This document shows, piece after piece, positions 1 through 10,711 of a DNA stretch of 64,000 bases (the first letter of the stretch is position 1; every line of letters starts with the position of its first letter). The DNA comes from Pseudomonadota bacterium (GTDB lineage: Bacteria > Pseudomonadota > Gammaproteobacteria > GCA-002705445 > GCA-002716945). A program made the position numbers and the translations under genes. The stretch lies in the NCBI GenBank assembly GCA_036140295.1, contig JAYZYL010000006.1, forward strand, positions 34,276 through 98,275, read 5' to 3'. The notes beneath the pieces are model-generated. The model had not been told where the DNA came from. It searched no databases and saw only the letters and a list, made by a program, of their open reading frames with translations.

Positions 1-930
1 TATTTCCTCATAATGACAATAGCTGCGTTTTCATACCGTATACCTGCAGATGGCTGGAAACCAAAAAATTGGAACAAACCGGATGATGCTACTCTTGAAA
101 AGAAATTAATAACAAAAAACCATGTTCATATTGATCAAGCATTAAAGACACCACAATTCTATATGTTATGGATAGTTTTGTGCTTTAATGTCACAGCAGG
201 AATAGGTGTTTTAGGGGTCGCTAAAACAATGATGACAGAAATATTTAGTAGTGCCTTACCAAACATCGTAGATAATGCATTTGCAGCAACATATGTTTTA
301 ATGATTAGTGTTTTTAATATGATAGGAAGATTTTTTTGGGCAAGCACATCAGATTACATAGGGAGAAAAAATACTTATTATATATTTTTTGTTCTAGGGA
401 TAATTCTATACTTGTCAATTCCTATTACAGCTTCCCAAGTTAGCGTCAACCCAAACATTGTTCTGCTAATCTATTTTTATGCTGCGACAATGATTATTTT
501 TACAATGTATGGGGGTGGTTTTGCAACTATACCAGCATACCTAGCTGACATTTTTGGTACAAGGTATGTTGGTGGAATACATGGTAGACTCTTAACTGCT
601 TGGAGTACTGCTGGTATATTGGGGCCTCTTGCAATAACATCCTTACGATCAAATTCTATTAATAATGCAATGCAGGAATTAATAACAAAAATAGACCCAG
701 TTAAATTTAAAGAAACATTTGGATCAGGAATTGAAAATTTTAATCAATTAGTCGCAACCAAAACTGTAACAATTTCAAAATTAATGGAAATTGCTCCACA
801 GGGAACAATTGATCCCTCTACCACAGTTTATAATTCTACAATGATCTTAATGGCTGTTCTTCTTGGGATAGCTTTGTTTTCAAATTTTTTGATTAGGCCT
901 GTTGCTAAAAAACATCATATGGTAGATTAG
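1..930 (+). CDS. MFS transporter, oxalate/formate antiporter (OFA) family; C-terminal ~305 aa only, gene continues upstream of window
   Basis: Frame is open from nt 1. The translation shows multiple hydrophobic helices and an MFS loop pattern ([18 protein letters not shown] pairs). Stop TAG at 928-930. Confidence 0.6.
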   Translation, partial: YFLIMTIAAFSYRIPADGWKPKNWNKPDDATLEKKLITKNHVHIDQALKTPQFYMLWIVLCFNVTAGIGVLGVAKTMMTEIFSSALPNIVDNAFAATYVLMISVFNMIGRFFWASTSDYIGRKNTYYIFFVLGIILYLSIPITASQVSVNPNIVLLIYFYAATMIIFTMYGGGFATIPAYLADIFGTRYVGGIHGRLLTAWSTAGILGPLAITSLRSNSINNAMQELITKIDPVKFKETFGSGIENFNQLVATKTVTISKLMEIAPQGTIDPSTTVYNSTMILMAVLLGIALFSNFLIRPVAKKHHMVD

Positions 931-1163
931 CTGATTCCTTTCATTGTAAGTTTAACTCTTCCTTGACCATCAATGTCGAGTACCTTTACTTGAACTTCAT
1001 CACCTTCTGCCATTTCATCTCTAACACTATTTACCCTTTCTTCTTTAATTTGAGAAATGTGAACTAAACCATCTTTCCCAGGCATTATATTAACAAATGC
1101 ACCGTAATCCATAATTTTTTTCACTTTTCCTGTATATACTTTTCCTATTTCAATGTCTGTCAT
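927..1163 (-). CDS. Stand-alone S1 RNA-binding domain protein (78 aa), paralog of the PNPase C-terminal S1 domain
   Basis: About 76% aa identity to the last 71 aa of the adjacent pnp product ([29 protein letters not shown]...[20 protein letters not shown]). ATG start with AAGAGGA Shine-Dalgarno 8 nt upstream. The DNA is also visibly similar to 1190-1420 (tandem duplication). Confidence 0.6.
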   Translation of the reverse strand: MTDIEIGKVYTGKVKKIMDYGAFVNIMPGKDGLVHISQIKEERVNSVRDEMAEGDEVQVKVLDIDGQGRVKLTMKGIS

Positions 1164-1189
1164 TTTGTCCTCTTTTGTTTATATATGAT

Positions 1190-3256
1190 CTAATCTAGAT
1201 CCTTCATTGTAAGCTTGACTCTTCCTTGTTTGTCCACGTCAAGCACCTTCACTTTTACTTCATCGCCTTCTGTTAATACATCTCTTACGTTATTTACCCT
1301 TTCTTGACTTATTTGTGATATATGCACAAGTCCATCGCGATTTGGCGAAATATTAACGAATGCTCCGAAATCCATTATTTTTGCAACTTTCCCTTCATAA
1401 ATTTTATTAATTTGTGGCCCTGCAGTTATGTCTTCAATAATTGATTTTGCATGGTCGCTTTTCGATTGATCAGTCGCGGCTATCTTGACTACACCATCAT
1501 CAGAAATATCTATAACCGCTCCAGTCTCCTCAACTATCGATTTTATTACCGCCCCTCCCTTTCCAATCACTTCAGCAATTTGGGAAGGATTAATTTTTAT
1601 ATGAGTATATCTTGGTGCATGAGATGAAACATCATCTCTAGGTTTTGTGATTGCCTTTGCCATCTCAGCAAGTATGTGTAGTCTTGCTTCCTTAGCTTGG
1701 CTCAATGCATCTGACATTATTTCAGATGTAATCCCATTAATTTTTATATCCATTTGCAATGCATTAATTCCTGATTCTGTTCCTGCAACTTTAAAATCCA
1801 TATCTCCTAAATGATCTTCATCTCCCAAAATATCTGTTAGGACAACAAATTTTTCTTTTTCTTTCACCAAACCCATTGCTATTCCAGCAACAGGAGATGT
1901 GATAGGAACTCCCGCATCCATTAATGATAAACTTGATCCACAAACTGATGCCATAGAGCTTGATCCATTTGATTCCAAGATTTCCGAAACTACGCGAATC
2001 GTGTAAGGAAATGTACCTTTAGCTGGTAGAACAGATTGAATTCCTCTACGTGCAAGCTTTCCATGTCCTATTTCTCTGCGTTTAGGAGAACCTACCATAC
2101 CAATTTCACCAACGGAATAAGGTGGAAAATTATAATGGAAAATAAAACCATCTTCAACTCGCCCAGAAAGTGCATCAATTATCTGAGCATCTTTTTCTGT
2201 TCCTAAGGTTGTAACTACCAACGCCTGAGTCTCTCCTCGTGTGAACAAGGCAGAACCATGTGTTCTTGGAAGCACTCCAAGTTGAACACTTATTGGACGA
2301 ACTGTTTTAGTGTCACGCCCATCTATACGTTTATCCCCTTTTAATATCTTTTCACGCACAATTTCTTTTTGCAATTTGTCAAAATATGATAAAACTTCTT
2401 CGCTATTATCTTCTTCATCATTCATATTTTTTTCTAAAACTTCTTCTTTAATTTTTGATATAGTTTCATTCCTATCTTGTTTGGTAATGATTGAAAAAGC
2501 TTTAGCTAATTTTGATTCATATTTCTCTTTTATAGAATTATAACTTTCTTCATTAATCTCCTTAGGAACCCATTCTATATTTTCAACTCCAACTTCATTA
2601 CATAATTCCTCAATTGCATTTATTATTCCTTGCATTTTTTCATGCCCAAAATTAACTGCTCCTAACATTATTTCTTCAGTAAGTTCTTTTGCTTCTGACT
2701 CAACCATTAGTACAGCATCTTTTGTGCCTGCCACAACTAAATCAAGTGATGAGTTTTCAATTTCTTTTGCTGTAGGGTTTAGTAGATATTTTTCTCCATC
2801 ATAACCAACCCTAGTAGCGCCAAGAGTTCCATCAAATGGAAGTCCTGATAACTTAACGGCTGCTGAAGCAGCAATAATTGCTGGAATTTCTGGTTCTACT
2901 TCAGGATTCATTGAAATCAGGGTTACTATGATTTGTACTTCTCGTTTATATGATGATTCAAAAAGTGGGCGGAGTGGACGATCTATTAATCTACTAACTA
3001 AAGTCTCTTTTTCGCTTGGTCTTCCTTCTCTTTTAAAAAATCCTCCAGGGATTTTTCCAGCTGCATAAGATTTCTCATTGTAATTCACTGTAAGAGGAAA
3101 AAAGTCACGATCACTGTCTTCTTTTGCTGCAACAAGTGTAGCTAAAACAACAGTTCCTTCGATATCTACTATCACTGATGCATTAGCCTGTTTTGCCATT
3201 AAACCAGTTTCAATCTTAATAGACTGATTTCCTATTTCAAATACTTTGGTAAACAT
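1190..3256 (-). CDS. pnp: Polyribonucleotide nucleotidyltransferase (PNPase)
   Basis: 688 aa with two RNase PH domains, KH and C-terminal S1. Start and stop codons verified. Conserved rpsO-pnp order. Confidence 0.97.
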   Translation of the reverse strand: MFTKVFEIGNQSIKIETGLMAKQANASVIVDIEGTVVLATLVAAKEDSDRDFFPLTVNYNEKSYAAGKIPGGFFKREGRPSEKETLVSRLIDRPLRPLFESSYKREVQIIVTLISMNPEVEPEIPAIIAASAAVKLSGLPFDGTLGATRVGYDGEKYLLNPTAKEIENSSLDLVVAGTKDAVLMVESEAKELTEEIMLGAVNFGHEKMQGIINAIEELCNEVGVENIEWVPKEINEESYNSIKEKYESKLAKAFSIITKQDRNETISKIKEEVLEKNMNDEEDNSEEVLSYFDKLQKEIVREKILKGDKRIDGRDTKTVRPISVQLGVLPRTHGSALFTRGETQALVVTTLGTEKDAQIIDALSGRVEDGFIFHYNFPPYSVGEIGMVGSPKRREIGHGKLARRGIQSVLPAKGTFPYTIRVVSEILESNGSSSMASVCGSSLSLMDAGVPITSPVAGIAMGLVKEKEKFVVLTDILGDEDHLGDMDFKVAGTESGINALQMDIKINGITSEIMSDALSQAKEARLHILAEMAKAITKPRDDVSSHAPRYTHIKINPSQIAEVIGKGGAVIKSIVEETGAVIDISDDGVVKIAATDQSKSDHAKSIIEDITAGPQINKIYEGKVAKIMDFGAFVNISPNRDGLVHISQISQERVNNVRDVLTEGDEVKVKVLDVDKQGRVKLTMKDLD

Positions 3257-3259
3257 TAA

Positions 3260-3529
3260 CTATTTTCTGAGCCCTAACTGTTGTACAAGTTCTTCATAAT
3301 TCGAACTATCTTTCCTTTTTAAATATTTCATTAGAGATTTTCTTTTCATAACCATTTTAAGTAGGCCTCTTCTAGAATGGGTGTCTTTTGAATTTTTTGT
3401 GAAATGATCCTTTAAATTATTAATGTTTGCTGTAAGCAGTGCAATTTGAACTCTAGTTGAGCCACAGTCATTTTCAGTTTTTCCAAATTTTTTAACTACA
3501 TCCTTTTTTAGGTTATTGCCAAGGGCCAT
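3260..3529 (-). CDS. rpsO: 30S ribosomal protein S15
   Basis: 89 aa from the ATG at 3529 (MALGNN...), with GGAG Shine-Dalgarno upstream. Aligns along its full length with S15 (DCGSTRVQIALLT..HSRRGLL..RK.L.YLKRKD). The track start at 3541 is 4 codons longer and lacks a Shine-Dalgarno. Confidence 0.93.
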   Translation of the reverse strand: MALGNNLKKDVVKKFGKTENDCGSTRVQIALLTANINNLKDHFTKNSKDTHSRRGLLKMVMKRKSLMKYLKRKDSSNYEELVQQLGLRK

Positions 3530-3582
3530 AAATTTCTCCATTAACGTCCGAATTCTATCATGAGTTTAGATTAATACAACCA

Positions 3583-4467
3583 TTATTCATTAAAGTTTAA
3601 TAATCTTTTTGGGCAAATCTGATTATTTCTGATAACCCCGATGCCAATTATGTTATTTTTGTTAAATATAGTTATTTGTCTATTATTAAGCACCGAAAAC
3701 CTAAAAACTGATTGTCCTACCCTAATTTTTTCCTCTTCTTTTTCAGTTACTATAAAACTATCAAATTCGCTTAATATATTGTTTATATTAAGAAAATAAT
3801 CTGAACTTATAATAGATTCATTATTTATTTTTTCAAATTTGATCATATCGGTTTCCTCAAATTTTCCTATTTTAGTTCTCCTTAGATCCCAAACATATGC
3901 TCCTATAGATAATTCTTTTCCAATTTCTTCAGCTAAAGTTCTGATATAGGTTCCCTTTGAGCAAGTAACTTTTATTATTAGGGTTGGGTATTGATATTTT
4001 ATAATTTCAATATTATAAATAGAAACTTTTCTAGGTTCTCTTGAAATAGTAATTCCTTTTCTTGCAAGTTTATACAGTTTTTGTCCTCGAACCTTCAATC
4101 CACTAAACATTGGAGGAATTTGAGATAATTGACCTACAAATTTTTTTAATGCCTTTTTAATTATTTCAATAGGAATTTCTTCTAAATTATTATCCTTATA
4201 TTTCTTAATTACTCCTTCCCTGTCACCTGTTGAGCTAATTTCTCCTAACTTACAGTTTACTACATATTCTTTTTGGTAAGATTCAATATAATGAGAAAAC
4301 TTTGTAGCTTCTCCAAATAATATAGGTAACATTCCGTGCGCTAAAGGGTCAAGAATTCCAACAATACCTGCTTTTTTTACATTCAAAATCTTTTTCAAAC
4401 TTTTAAGAGTTTGATTAGATGTAATATTTTTAGGTTTATCTACTAATAATAAGCCATTAATGTTCAT
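3583..4467 (-). CDS. truB: tRNA pseudouridine(55) synthase
   Basis: GILDPLAHGMLP catalytic-Asp motif with a C-terminal PUA-like region. Conserved rbfA-truB-rpsO order. Confidence 0.93.
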   Translation of the reverse strand: MNINGLLLVDKPKNITSNQTLKSLKKILNVKKAGIVGILDPLAHGMLPILFGEATKFSHYIESYQKEYVVNCKLGEISSTGDREGVIKKYKDNNLEEIPIEIIKKALKKFVGQLSQIPPMFSGLKVRGQKLYKLARKGITISREPRKVSIYNIEIIKYQYPTLIIKVTCSKGTYIRTLAEEIGKELSIGAYVWDLRRTKIGKFEETDMIKFEKINNESIISSDYFLNINNILSEFDSFIVTEKEEEKIRVGQSVFRFSVLNNRQITIFNKNNIIGIGVIRNNQICPKRLLNFNE

Positions 4468-4804
4468 TTTTCTTAGATGTTTTCTTAATTATTTTTTCAA
4501 TTCTTTCACCTGAAGATGCTGTCATATCATAAGTAAACTTTATTCTAGGTAATCTTTTTATATACAGATTTTTCGATAACTCATTTTTTATAAAGCTTGA
4601 AGCTTTATTTAATTCTCTTTCAATCTTTTCGGTATCAGTTTGAAAAGTTGTAAAAAATATTTCTGCATATCTTGCATCTTTACTTAGCCTGACACTTGAA
4701 ATTGTTATTGTCTTATTTAATAAAGGGTTCTTAATATCTTTTAAAATTAGTTGAGCAACTTCTTTATGTAATAAATCTTGAATTTTATAAAGGCGATTAT
4801 TCAT
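4457..4804 (-). CDS. rbfA: Ribosome-binding factor A
   Basis: 115-aa KH-like RbfA family protein in the infB-rbfA-truB position. Overlaps truB start by 11 nt. Confidence 0.85.
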   Translation of the reverse strand: MNNRLYKIQDLLHKEVAQLILKDIKNPLLNKTITISSVRLSKDARYAEIFFTTFQTDTEKIERELNKASSFIKNELSKNLYIKRLPRIKFTYDMTASSGERIEKIIKKTSKKNEH

Positions 4805-4812
4805 TATATAGG

Positions 4813-7017
4813 TTATATAGATCTTTTAATTTCTATTTTTTTGAAGACTTCAATTTGGTCTCCAGTTTTTATATCATTATAATCTTTAACTCCTATTCCA
4901 CATTCTGTTCCACTCTTTACTTCCTTAACATCATCTTTGAACCTTCTAAGGGACTCAAGCTCTCCCTCATAGATTACAATGTTATCTCTTAATACTCGTA
5001 TAGGTTGATCTCGTTGAACTAATCCCTCAATAACCATTGTACCTGCTATTGCTCCAAGCTTAGATGATCTAAAGACATCTTTAACTTCCGCTATTCCGAT
5101 AATTTCTTCTTTAATATCTGGCTCTAAGAGCCCAGACAACTGTTGTTTCACGTTATCGATAAGATCATATATAACACTAAAATATTTTAAATCTAGTTGA
5201 TTTGTATCTATTAATTTTCTAGCCTTACTATCGGCTCTCACATTAAATCCAATTATTCTTGCATTGGATGTTTGCGCTAAACTAACATCAGATTCCGTTA
5301 TACCACCAACCCCACTATATATGATATCAAGACCTACATCTTCATTCTCTATTTTTTGTAGAGATGTAGTAATTGCTTCACAGCTACCTTGTACGTCAGT
5401 TTTAATTAGCAAATTAATTATATCTTTTTTGTTAGATCCTTTATTTATATTAAAATCATCAATACTAAAAGTTTTTTGTTTAGCTTGCATTTCTATTTCT
5501 TTTTGCTTTGATTCTCTCATTGATGCAACCTCCTTAATTTTCTTTTCATCTAATGTTGACATTAACTGATCACCAACATTTGGAGTTCCTGATAAACCAG
5601 TGACAACAACAGGAGATCCTGGTGTTGCATTTAAAATTTCCTTATTAAATTCATCATACATTGCGCGAACTCGACCAAACTCTTTTCCAACTAAAATGTA
5701 ATCTTTTTTACTCAATGTTCCACTTTTTATTAAAACCGTAGCAATTGGGCCACGTCCTTTATCTAGAGATGACTCAATTACAGACCCTGTTGCAGGTCCT
5801 TTTTTTGGAGCTTTTAATTCAAGTATTTCTGCTTGTAGCAAGATAGAATCTAATAGATTATCTACTCCTGTTCCTGTTAGTGCAGAAATTTTTGTGAAGA
5901 TTGTATCGCCACCCCACTCTTCTGGTATTACATTTTTTTTACTTAATTCTGTTTGGGTTTTTTCTGGGTCAGCATTTTCCTTATCTATTTTATTAATTGC
6001 TACAATCATCGGTACCTTTGCAGACTGTGCATGTTGGATTGCTTCTTCAGTCTGTGGCATTACTCCGTCATCTGCAGAAACTACTAATATTACAATATCT
6101 GTAATTTGTGCTCCTCTTGCACGCATCGAAGAAAATGCAGCATGTCCAGGTGTATCAAGAAATGTTATTACTCCTTTTTCTGTTTTAACTCTATACGCAC
6201 CTATATGCTGTGTAATGCCACCTGCTTCAGATGTAGCAATCTTTGTTTCTCTTATATAATCAAGAAGAGATGTCTTGCCATGATCAACGTGACCCATGAT
6301 TGTAACAACTGGAGGTCTTGCCTCAAGCTCTTCCTTATTAGATGGCTCTGATTTAAGCATCGACTCTTCATTATTATCATTCTTGCATACTGCTGTATGT
6401 CCCATTTCTTCAACTATAAGTACCGCTGTATCTTGATCTAGTGATTGATTTATCGTAGCCATAACACCCATTCCCATCATTACTTTTATTAATTCTGGTG
6501 ATTTTACAGCTAACTTTTGTGCTAATTCACTGACAGTCATAGAATTCGTTATTTCTACATCCCTTTTTATAGGTTCAGTTGGTTTTTCAAATTGATGGTG
6601 AGGGGTTAAATCTACTTCTGGAGAAATTTTGTTTTCAATATTTTTTCCTTTTTTCTTTTTTGTTTTTAAATGTAATTCTTTTTCTTCAAAATTTTCAAAT
6701 TTTAGATCTTTATCAACTTTAGTTTTCTTTTTTGTTTTTCCAGTACCAACCTTTCCTAGTTTAGGCTTAATTTGAAGATTTTCTTGTGTTGAGTTTTTCT
6801 GTAGAGGTTCCTTTGTATTATTTCTGTTATTTTCTTGATTGATATTACTTTTTGGAGTGCTTGGCTTTACTTCCTCAGTAATTCTTTTTGATAGGGTTTT
6901 CTTCCTTTTTACTTGTATAGTAACAGATTTTGGTGAAGTAGATGAACTGCCCTTTTTAGGGTTCATCCCCTTATGACTTTTTAGCGACAAATTTTTTCTA
7001 TCATTTTTATCAGTCAT
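4813..7017 (-). CDS. infB: Translation initiation factor IF-2
   Basis: Lys/Asn-rich low-complexity N-terminus. G-domain motifs [18 protein letters not shown]-terminal beta-barrel domains. Confidence 0.96.
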   Translation of the reverse strand: MTDKNDRKNLSLKSHKGMNPKKGSSSTSPKSVTIQVKRKKTLSKRITEEVKPSTPKSNINQENNRNNTKEPLQKNSTQENLQIKPKLGKVGTGKTKKKTKVDKDLKFENFEEKELHLKTKKKKGKNIENKISPEVDLTPHHQFEKPTEPIKRDVEITNSMTVSELAQKLAVKSPELIKVMMGMGVMATINQSLDQDTAVLIVEEMGHTAVCKNDNNEESMLKSEPSNKEELEARPPVVTIMGHVDHGKTSLLDYIRETKIATSEAGGITQHIGAYRVKTEKGVITFLDTPGHAAFSSMRARGAQITDIVILVVSADDGVMPQTEEAIQHAQSAKVPMIVAINKIDKENADPEKTQTELSKKNVIPEEWGGDTIFTKISALTGTGVDNLLDSILLQAEILELKAPKKGPATGSVIESSLDKGRGPIATVLIKSGTLSKKDYILVGKEFGRVRAMYDEFNKEILNATPGSPVVVTGLSGTPNVGDQLMSTLDEKKIKEVASMRESKQKEIEMQAKQKTFSIDDFNINKGSNKKDIINLLIKTDVQGSCEAITTSLQKIENEDVGLDIIYSGVGGITESDVSLAQTSNARIIGFNVRADSKARKLIDTNQLDLKYFSVIYDLIDNVKQQLSGLLEPDIKEEIIGIAEVKDVFRSSKLGAIAGTMVIEGLVQRDQPIRVLRDNIVIYEGELESLRRFKDDVKEVKSGTECGIGVKDYNDIKTGDQIEVFKKIEIKRSI

Positions 7018-7025
7018 GTTTTTAT

Positions 7026-8537
7026 TTAATTATCAGCTTTATTAAACCATGGTTCTCTTGCATCCATAATAATTTTTCCAGCTTCTTCTTGACTCAATTC
7101 TACCATTTCTAGAAGTTCATCTGTAGATAAATCAGCAAGATCTTCACGGGTATGTATGTTATTTCTATTTAGTTGTTCAACCATTTCTTCTTCAATACCT
7201 TTGAGGTTTGAAAGCTTACTTTCTTCTGGTATCTTAGCCTCTTTTTCTTTTATCCTTTCTTCTGCTCTTTTTCTTAGTTCATCAATTAATTCAGTATCAA
7301 AATCCTCAATAGAGTTTAACTCTTCAATTGCACAATACGCAATCTCATCCACCGTTGAAAACCCTTCATGCGAAAGTACTTCTGCAACATCATGATCAAC
7401 GTTTAATTCACTCATAAAAAGATCACTGGTAACTTTATGTTCCTCTGAAGTTTTGGTATCTGCTTCTTCCTTGCTCATTACATTTAAATTCCAACCTGTT
7501 AATTCACTTGCTAATCTAACATTTTGACCGCCTCGTCCTATGGCTTGTGACAATTGTTCCTCTGCAACAGCAATATCCATAGATTTCTTTTCTTCATCTA
7601 CCACAATTGATAAAACTTCAGCAGGTGACATTGCATTTATTACAAACTTTGCAGGATCTTCATCCCACATAATAATATCAATTCTCTCTCCTGATAATTC
7701 ATTAGATACTGATTGAACCCGAGAACCGCGCATTCCAACACAAGCACCAATAGCATCAAGTTTTGGATCATTAGATTTAACAGATATTTTTGCCCGTAAA
7801 CCTGGATCTCTTGCCGCTCCAAGTATTTCAATAAGACCTTGTCCAACCTCAGGAACTTCAAGTTTAAATAACTCTATTAAAAATTCAGAAGATGTTCTGC
7901 TTATATACAGTTGTGGCCCTCTTGATTCTGCCTTTACATCTTTTAAATATCCTCTTATTCTATCACCAGGTCTAATAGTCTCTTTTGGAATTAGAGAGTC
8001 TTTCCCTATCATCGCTTCTTCTGCAAAACTTTTTTTATCAGGTACACCTAAATCAATAAATATTGCTCCTTTGTCAACACGTTTTACAACACCAAATATT
8101 AGCTGTCCTATTTTAGGTTCATACATCTCCACTATGCGATTTCGTTCAGCTTCTCTTATTTTTTGAACTATGACGTTTTTTGCAGTTTGAGCAACTATTC
8201 TTCCAAAACCAACTGATTCTATAGGCTCTTCATAATAGTCATCTATGCTTAAATCAGAGTCTTTATTTGTGGCGTCTTCAAGCAACATTTGCTGATCTAC
8301 CAATTCATCCTCTTCTAGGTTTTCAACAACCTTCCATCTTCTAAAAGATTCATATTCACCTGTTTCTCTATTTATGCTAACTCTTACATCAATATCGTTA
8401 TCTCCTTTATTTTCTAAGCGATATTTCTTTTTAACAGCAATTTTTAATGCCTCTTCAATAGCTTCTATGACAACATCTTTGCTGACATTTTTTTCATTAG
8501 AGACTGTTTCTATTACAAGTAAAATTTCTTTGTTCAT
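7026..8537 (-). CDS. nusA: Transcription termination/antitermination factor NusA
   Basis: 503 aa with S1, two KH domains and the acidic C-terminal AR repeats typical of gammaproteobacteria. Sits between rimP and infB. Confidence 0.95.
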   Translation of the reverse strand: MNKEILLVIETVSNEKNVSKDVVIEAIEEALKIAVKKKYRLENKGDNDIDVRVSINRETGEYESFRRWKVVENLEEDELVDQQMLLEDATNKDSDLSIDDYYEEPIESVGFGRIVAQTAKNVIVQKIREAERNRIVEMYEPKIGQLIFGVVKRVDKGAIFIDLGVPDKKSFAEEAMIGKDSLIPKETIRPGDRIRGYLKDVKAESRGPQLYISRTSSEFLIELFKLEVPEVGQGLIEILGAARDPGLRAKISVKSNDPKLDAIGACVGMRGSRVQSVSNELSGERIDIIMWDEDPAKFVINAMSPAEVLSIVVDEEKKSMDIAVAEEQLSQAIGRGGQNVRLASELTGWNLNVMSKEEADTKTSEEHKVTSDLFMSELNVDHDVAEVLSHEGFSTVDEIAYCAIEELNSIEDFDTELIDELRKRAEERIKEKEAKIPEESKLSNLKGIEEEMVEQLNRNNIHTREDLADLSTDELLEMVELSQEEAGKIIMDAREPWFNKADN

Positions 8538-8547
8538 TTCTTTACAT

Positions 8548-9000
8548 CTAAATTTTTACAATATTTGCTTTCTTTATATTATCAAAATCTATCTCTTTAT
8601 TAATATTGTCTACTTCAACTACAATATAATTATTTTTAACTTTAATAATTTTCCCTGAGAAATTTTTTTGTTTATTTTCGGGAGATTTTAGTTGTATTTT
8701 TACATTCTCTCCTACAAAGGATAAATAATCCTCAAGTTTAAAAAGTTGACGATTTATTCCTGGAGATGAAACTTCCAAATTAAAATTGCCATCAACTAGT
8801 TTATTAATTTTAATTGTGCCAGTAGTTAACCTTGAAACATGAGCACAATTATCTATATTTATGCCATTATCTGAATCAATAATGATTTTGATATTATGAT
8901 CTAGTCTTCCTTTGTCAATTTTTACATTAAGTACGCTCATATCAGTTTTTTCCAGTATCTGATTAATAGCTAAAAATAACTTATTCTCAAGGTTATCCAT
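8548..9000 (-). CDS. rimP: Ribosome maturation factor RimP
   Basis: RimP family protein in the metY-rimP-nusA position. I start it at the ATG at 8998-9000 (MDNLENK); the track start at 9006 is a TTG. Confidence 0.85.
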   Translation of the reverse strand: MDNLENKLFLAINQILEKTDMSVLNVKIDKGRLDHNIKIIIDSDNGINIDNCAHVSRLTTGTIKINKLVDGNFNLEVSSPGINRQLFKLEDYLSFVGENVKIQLKSPENKQKNFSGKIIKVKNNYIVVEVDNINKEIDFDNIKKANIVKI

Positions 9001-9007
9001 TTGCAAA

Positions 9008-9039
9008 AAACCAATAAAATAGCCCCTTCATGGGGCTAT
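9008..9039 (-). terminator. GC-rich hairpin plus U-tract between initiator tRNA and rimP (candidate partial terminator/attenuator)
   Basis: Minus-strand transcript reads GAUAGCCCC-AUGA-AGGGGCUAU, followed by UUUAUUGGUUUUUUGC. This is an 8-9 bp perfect stem in otherwise AT-rich DNA, about 20 nt upstream of the rimP ATG. Confidence 0.3.
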
Positions 9040-9150
9040 CCAATAATTGTATAACAAAATATTAAGATTAAATAGATAAAATTAAAGATTTTGTACTTCC
9101 ATTCCTGCTAACTATGACCGAATTTTATTAGTTTAGTTCTGTGGGTGTTT

Positions 9151-9227
<77 letters not shown>

Positions 9228-9268
9228 CTGAGAAAGAGTCTATAATCTCCATAATTTATTTTCAAGTG

Positions 9269-10711
9269 CTAAAAAAGGCTTTGAATCACATATGAACTAA
9301 GGTGGCCAAGACTACTAGGAAATATACCTAAAATAATGAGAGCTAGAGCGTTTAGGCTAACAAGTACATAAGAAGAGATTGCAGTAATGCTACCAGGTGC
9401 ATCATCAAAATAAATAACTTTGACTACTCTTAAATAATAATATGCTCCGATAACAGTCATAAGGACGGCAAATATTGCTAAATAGACATTGCCTGCATTA
9501 ATTAATGTACTAATTATTGAGAGTTTTGCATGAAAACCTATAAACGGTGGAATACCTGCTAGAGATAACATTATTATCATTAACAGAAAGGCAAGCCAAG
9601 GATATTGTGAATTTAATCCTTTAAGGTCATTTATTTCTTCAATTGGTTTTTTGTTACAAGTTATTAGTAACAGAATACCAAAAGCAGCCATTGTCATGAC
9701 AACGTATGACAAGGTATAAAACATTGATGCTTCATAAGCATCTTTATTGCCAATTGAAAGACTTATTAATATAAAACCTATGTTTGCAATAGTAGAATAC
9801 GCAAGCATTCTCTTTATATTCGTTTGGGCTATAGCAATAATATTACCAACTATAATTGACACAATTGAAAGAACAAGAACCATTTCAGACCAAAAACCAA
9901 ATAATCCAGAAAATGCATCAACTAATAACCTAATTAAAACAATAAATACAGCAACTTTTGGAAGTGTGCTAAGTAATAGAGTTGTTGGGGTAAGGGCTCC
10001 ATGATATACATCTGGAACCCACATGTGAAATGGTGCTGCTCCAAATTTAAATGCAAGACTCACCAATATAAAGGTTAAAGAAAAAATTAAACCGACATTA
10101 TATAGATCAATATTAGTTTGCTCATTCTGTATATTACTAATGAATTCAAAAATTTCTACTAACGATAAGGTTCCAGTTAATCCATATATTAAGGAAATTC
10201 CAAATAAAAGGAATCCTGATGATATTGCTCCAAGAATATAATATTTAATTGCTGCCTCGCATGAAAAAATAGATTTCTTATTAAATGCAATTATTGTATA
10301 TAGAGATAAAGATAATAGTTCAATTCCAAGATAAAGAAGCAATAAGTTTTGTGCTGATGACATTATCATCATTCCAATAACACTGAATAAGCATATTATA
10401 AAATATTCTGTCTGGTATAATTTAAAATACTTTAAAAAGTTATATGAATAATGAAAAATTATTACCATTCCTATTAACAATATAATTTTAAATACTGTTG
10501 GAAAAATCTTTGTACTATACGAAGGGGATGATAACTCTATAAAATAATTATAATTATTAATAATAGTTAATGTAGTAATTATTAGTGATATTTGTATTAG
10601 ATAATATGAAATTTGCCTGTACCCTTTTTTTAGAAATAAATCCAATACAAGCACAAAACATGATGTTGAAATAACTATAATTTCTGGAATCAAATAGGAA
10701 TAGGCTATCAT
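9269..10711 (-). CDS. nuoN: NADH-quinone oxidoreductase subunit N
   Basis: 480-aa polytopic antiporter-like subunit. Last gene of the contiguous nuoA-N cluster. Confidence 0.9.
   Translation of the reverse strand: MIAYSYLIPEIIVISTSCFVLVLDLFLKKGYRQISYYLIQISLIITTLTIINNYNYFIELSSPSYSTKIFPTVFKIILLIGMVIIFHYSYNFLKYFKLYQTEYFIICLFSVIGMMIMSSAQNLLLLYLGIELLSLSLYTIIAFNKKSIFSCEAAIKYYILGAISSGFLLFGISLIYGLTGTLSLVEIFEFISNIQNEQTNIDLYNVGLIFSLTFILVSLAFKFGAAPFHMWVPDVYHGALTPTTLLLSTLPKVAVFIVLIRLLVDAFSGLFGFWSEMVLVLSIVSIIVGNIIAIAQTNIKRMLAYSTIANIGFILISLSIGNKDAYEASMFYTLSYVVMTMAAFGILLLITCNKKPIEEINDLKGLNSQYPWLAFLLMIIMLSLAGIPPFIGFHAKLSIISTLINAGNVYLAIFAVLMTVIGAYYYLRVVKVIYFDDAPGSITAISSYVLVSLNALALIILGIFPSSLGHLSSYVIQSLF

Noticed and set aside
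5264-6351. Three + strand ORFs of 80-120 aa
   Set aside because: All are antisense inside infB, Cys/Ser/Ile-rich, with no motifs.
8991-9004. GG-N10-GC sigma-54-like promoter spacing (aaGGttatccatttGCa)
   Set aside because: It is on the + strand, pointing antisense into the metY-rimP spacer, and matches poorly outside the GG/GC dinucleotides. Most likely chance.
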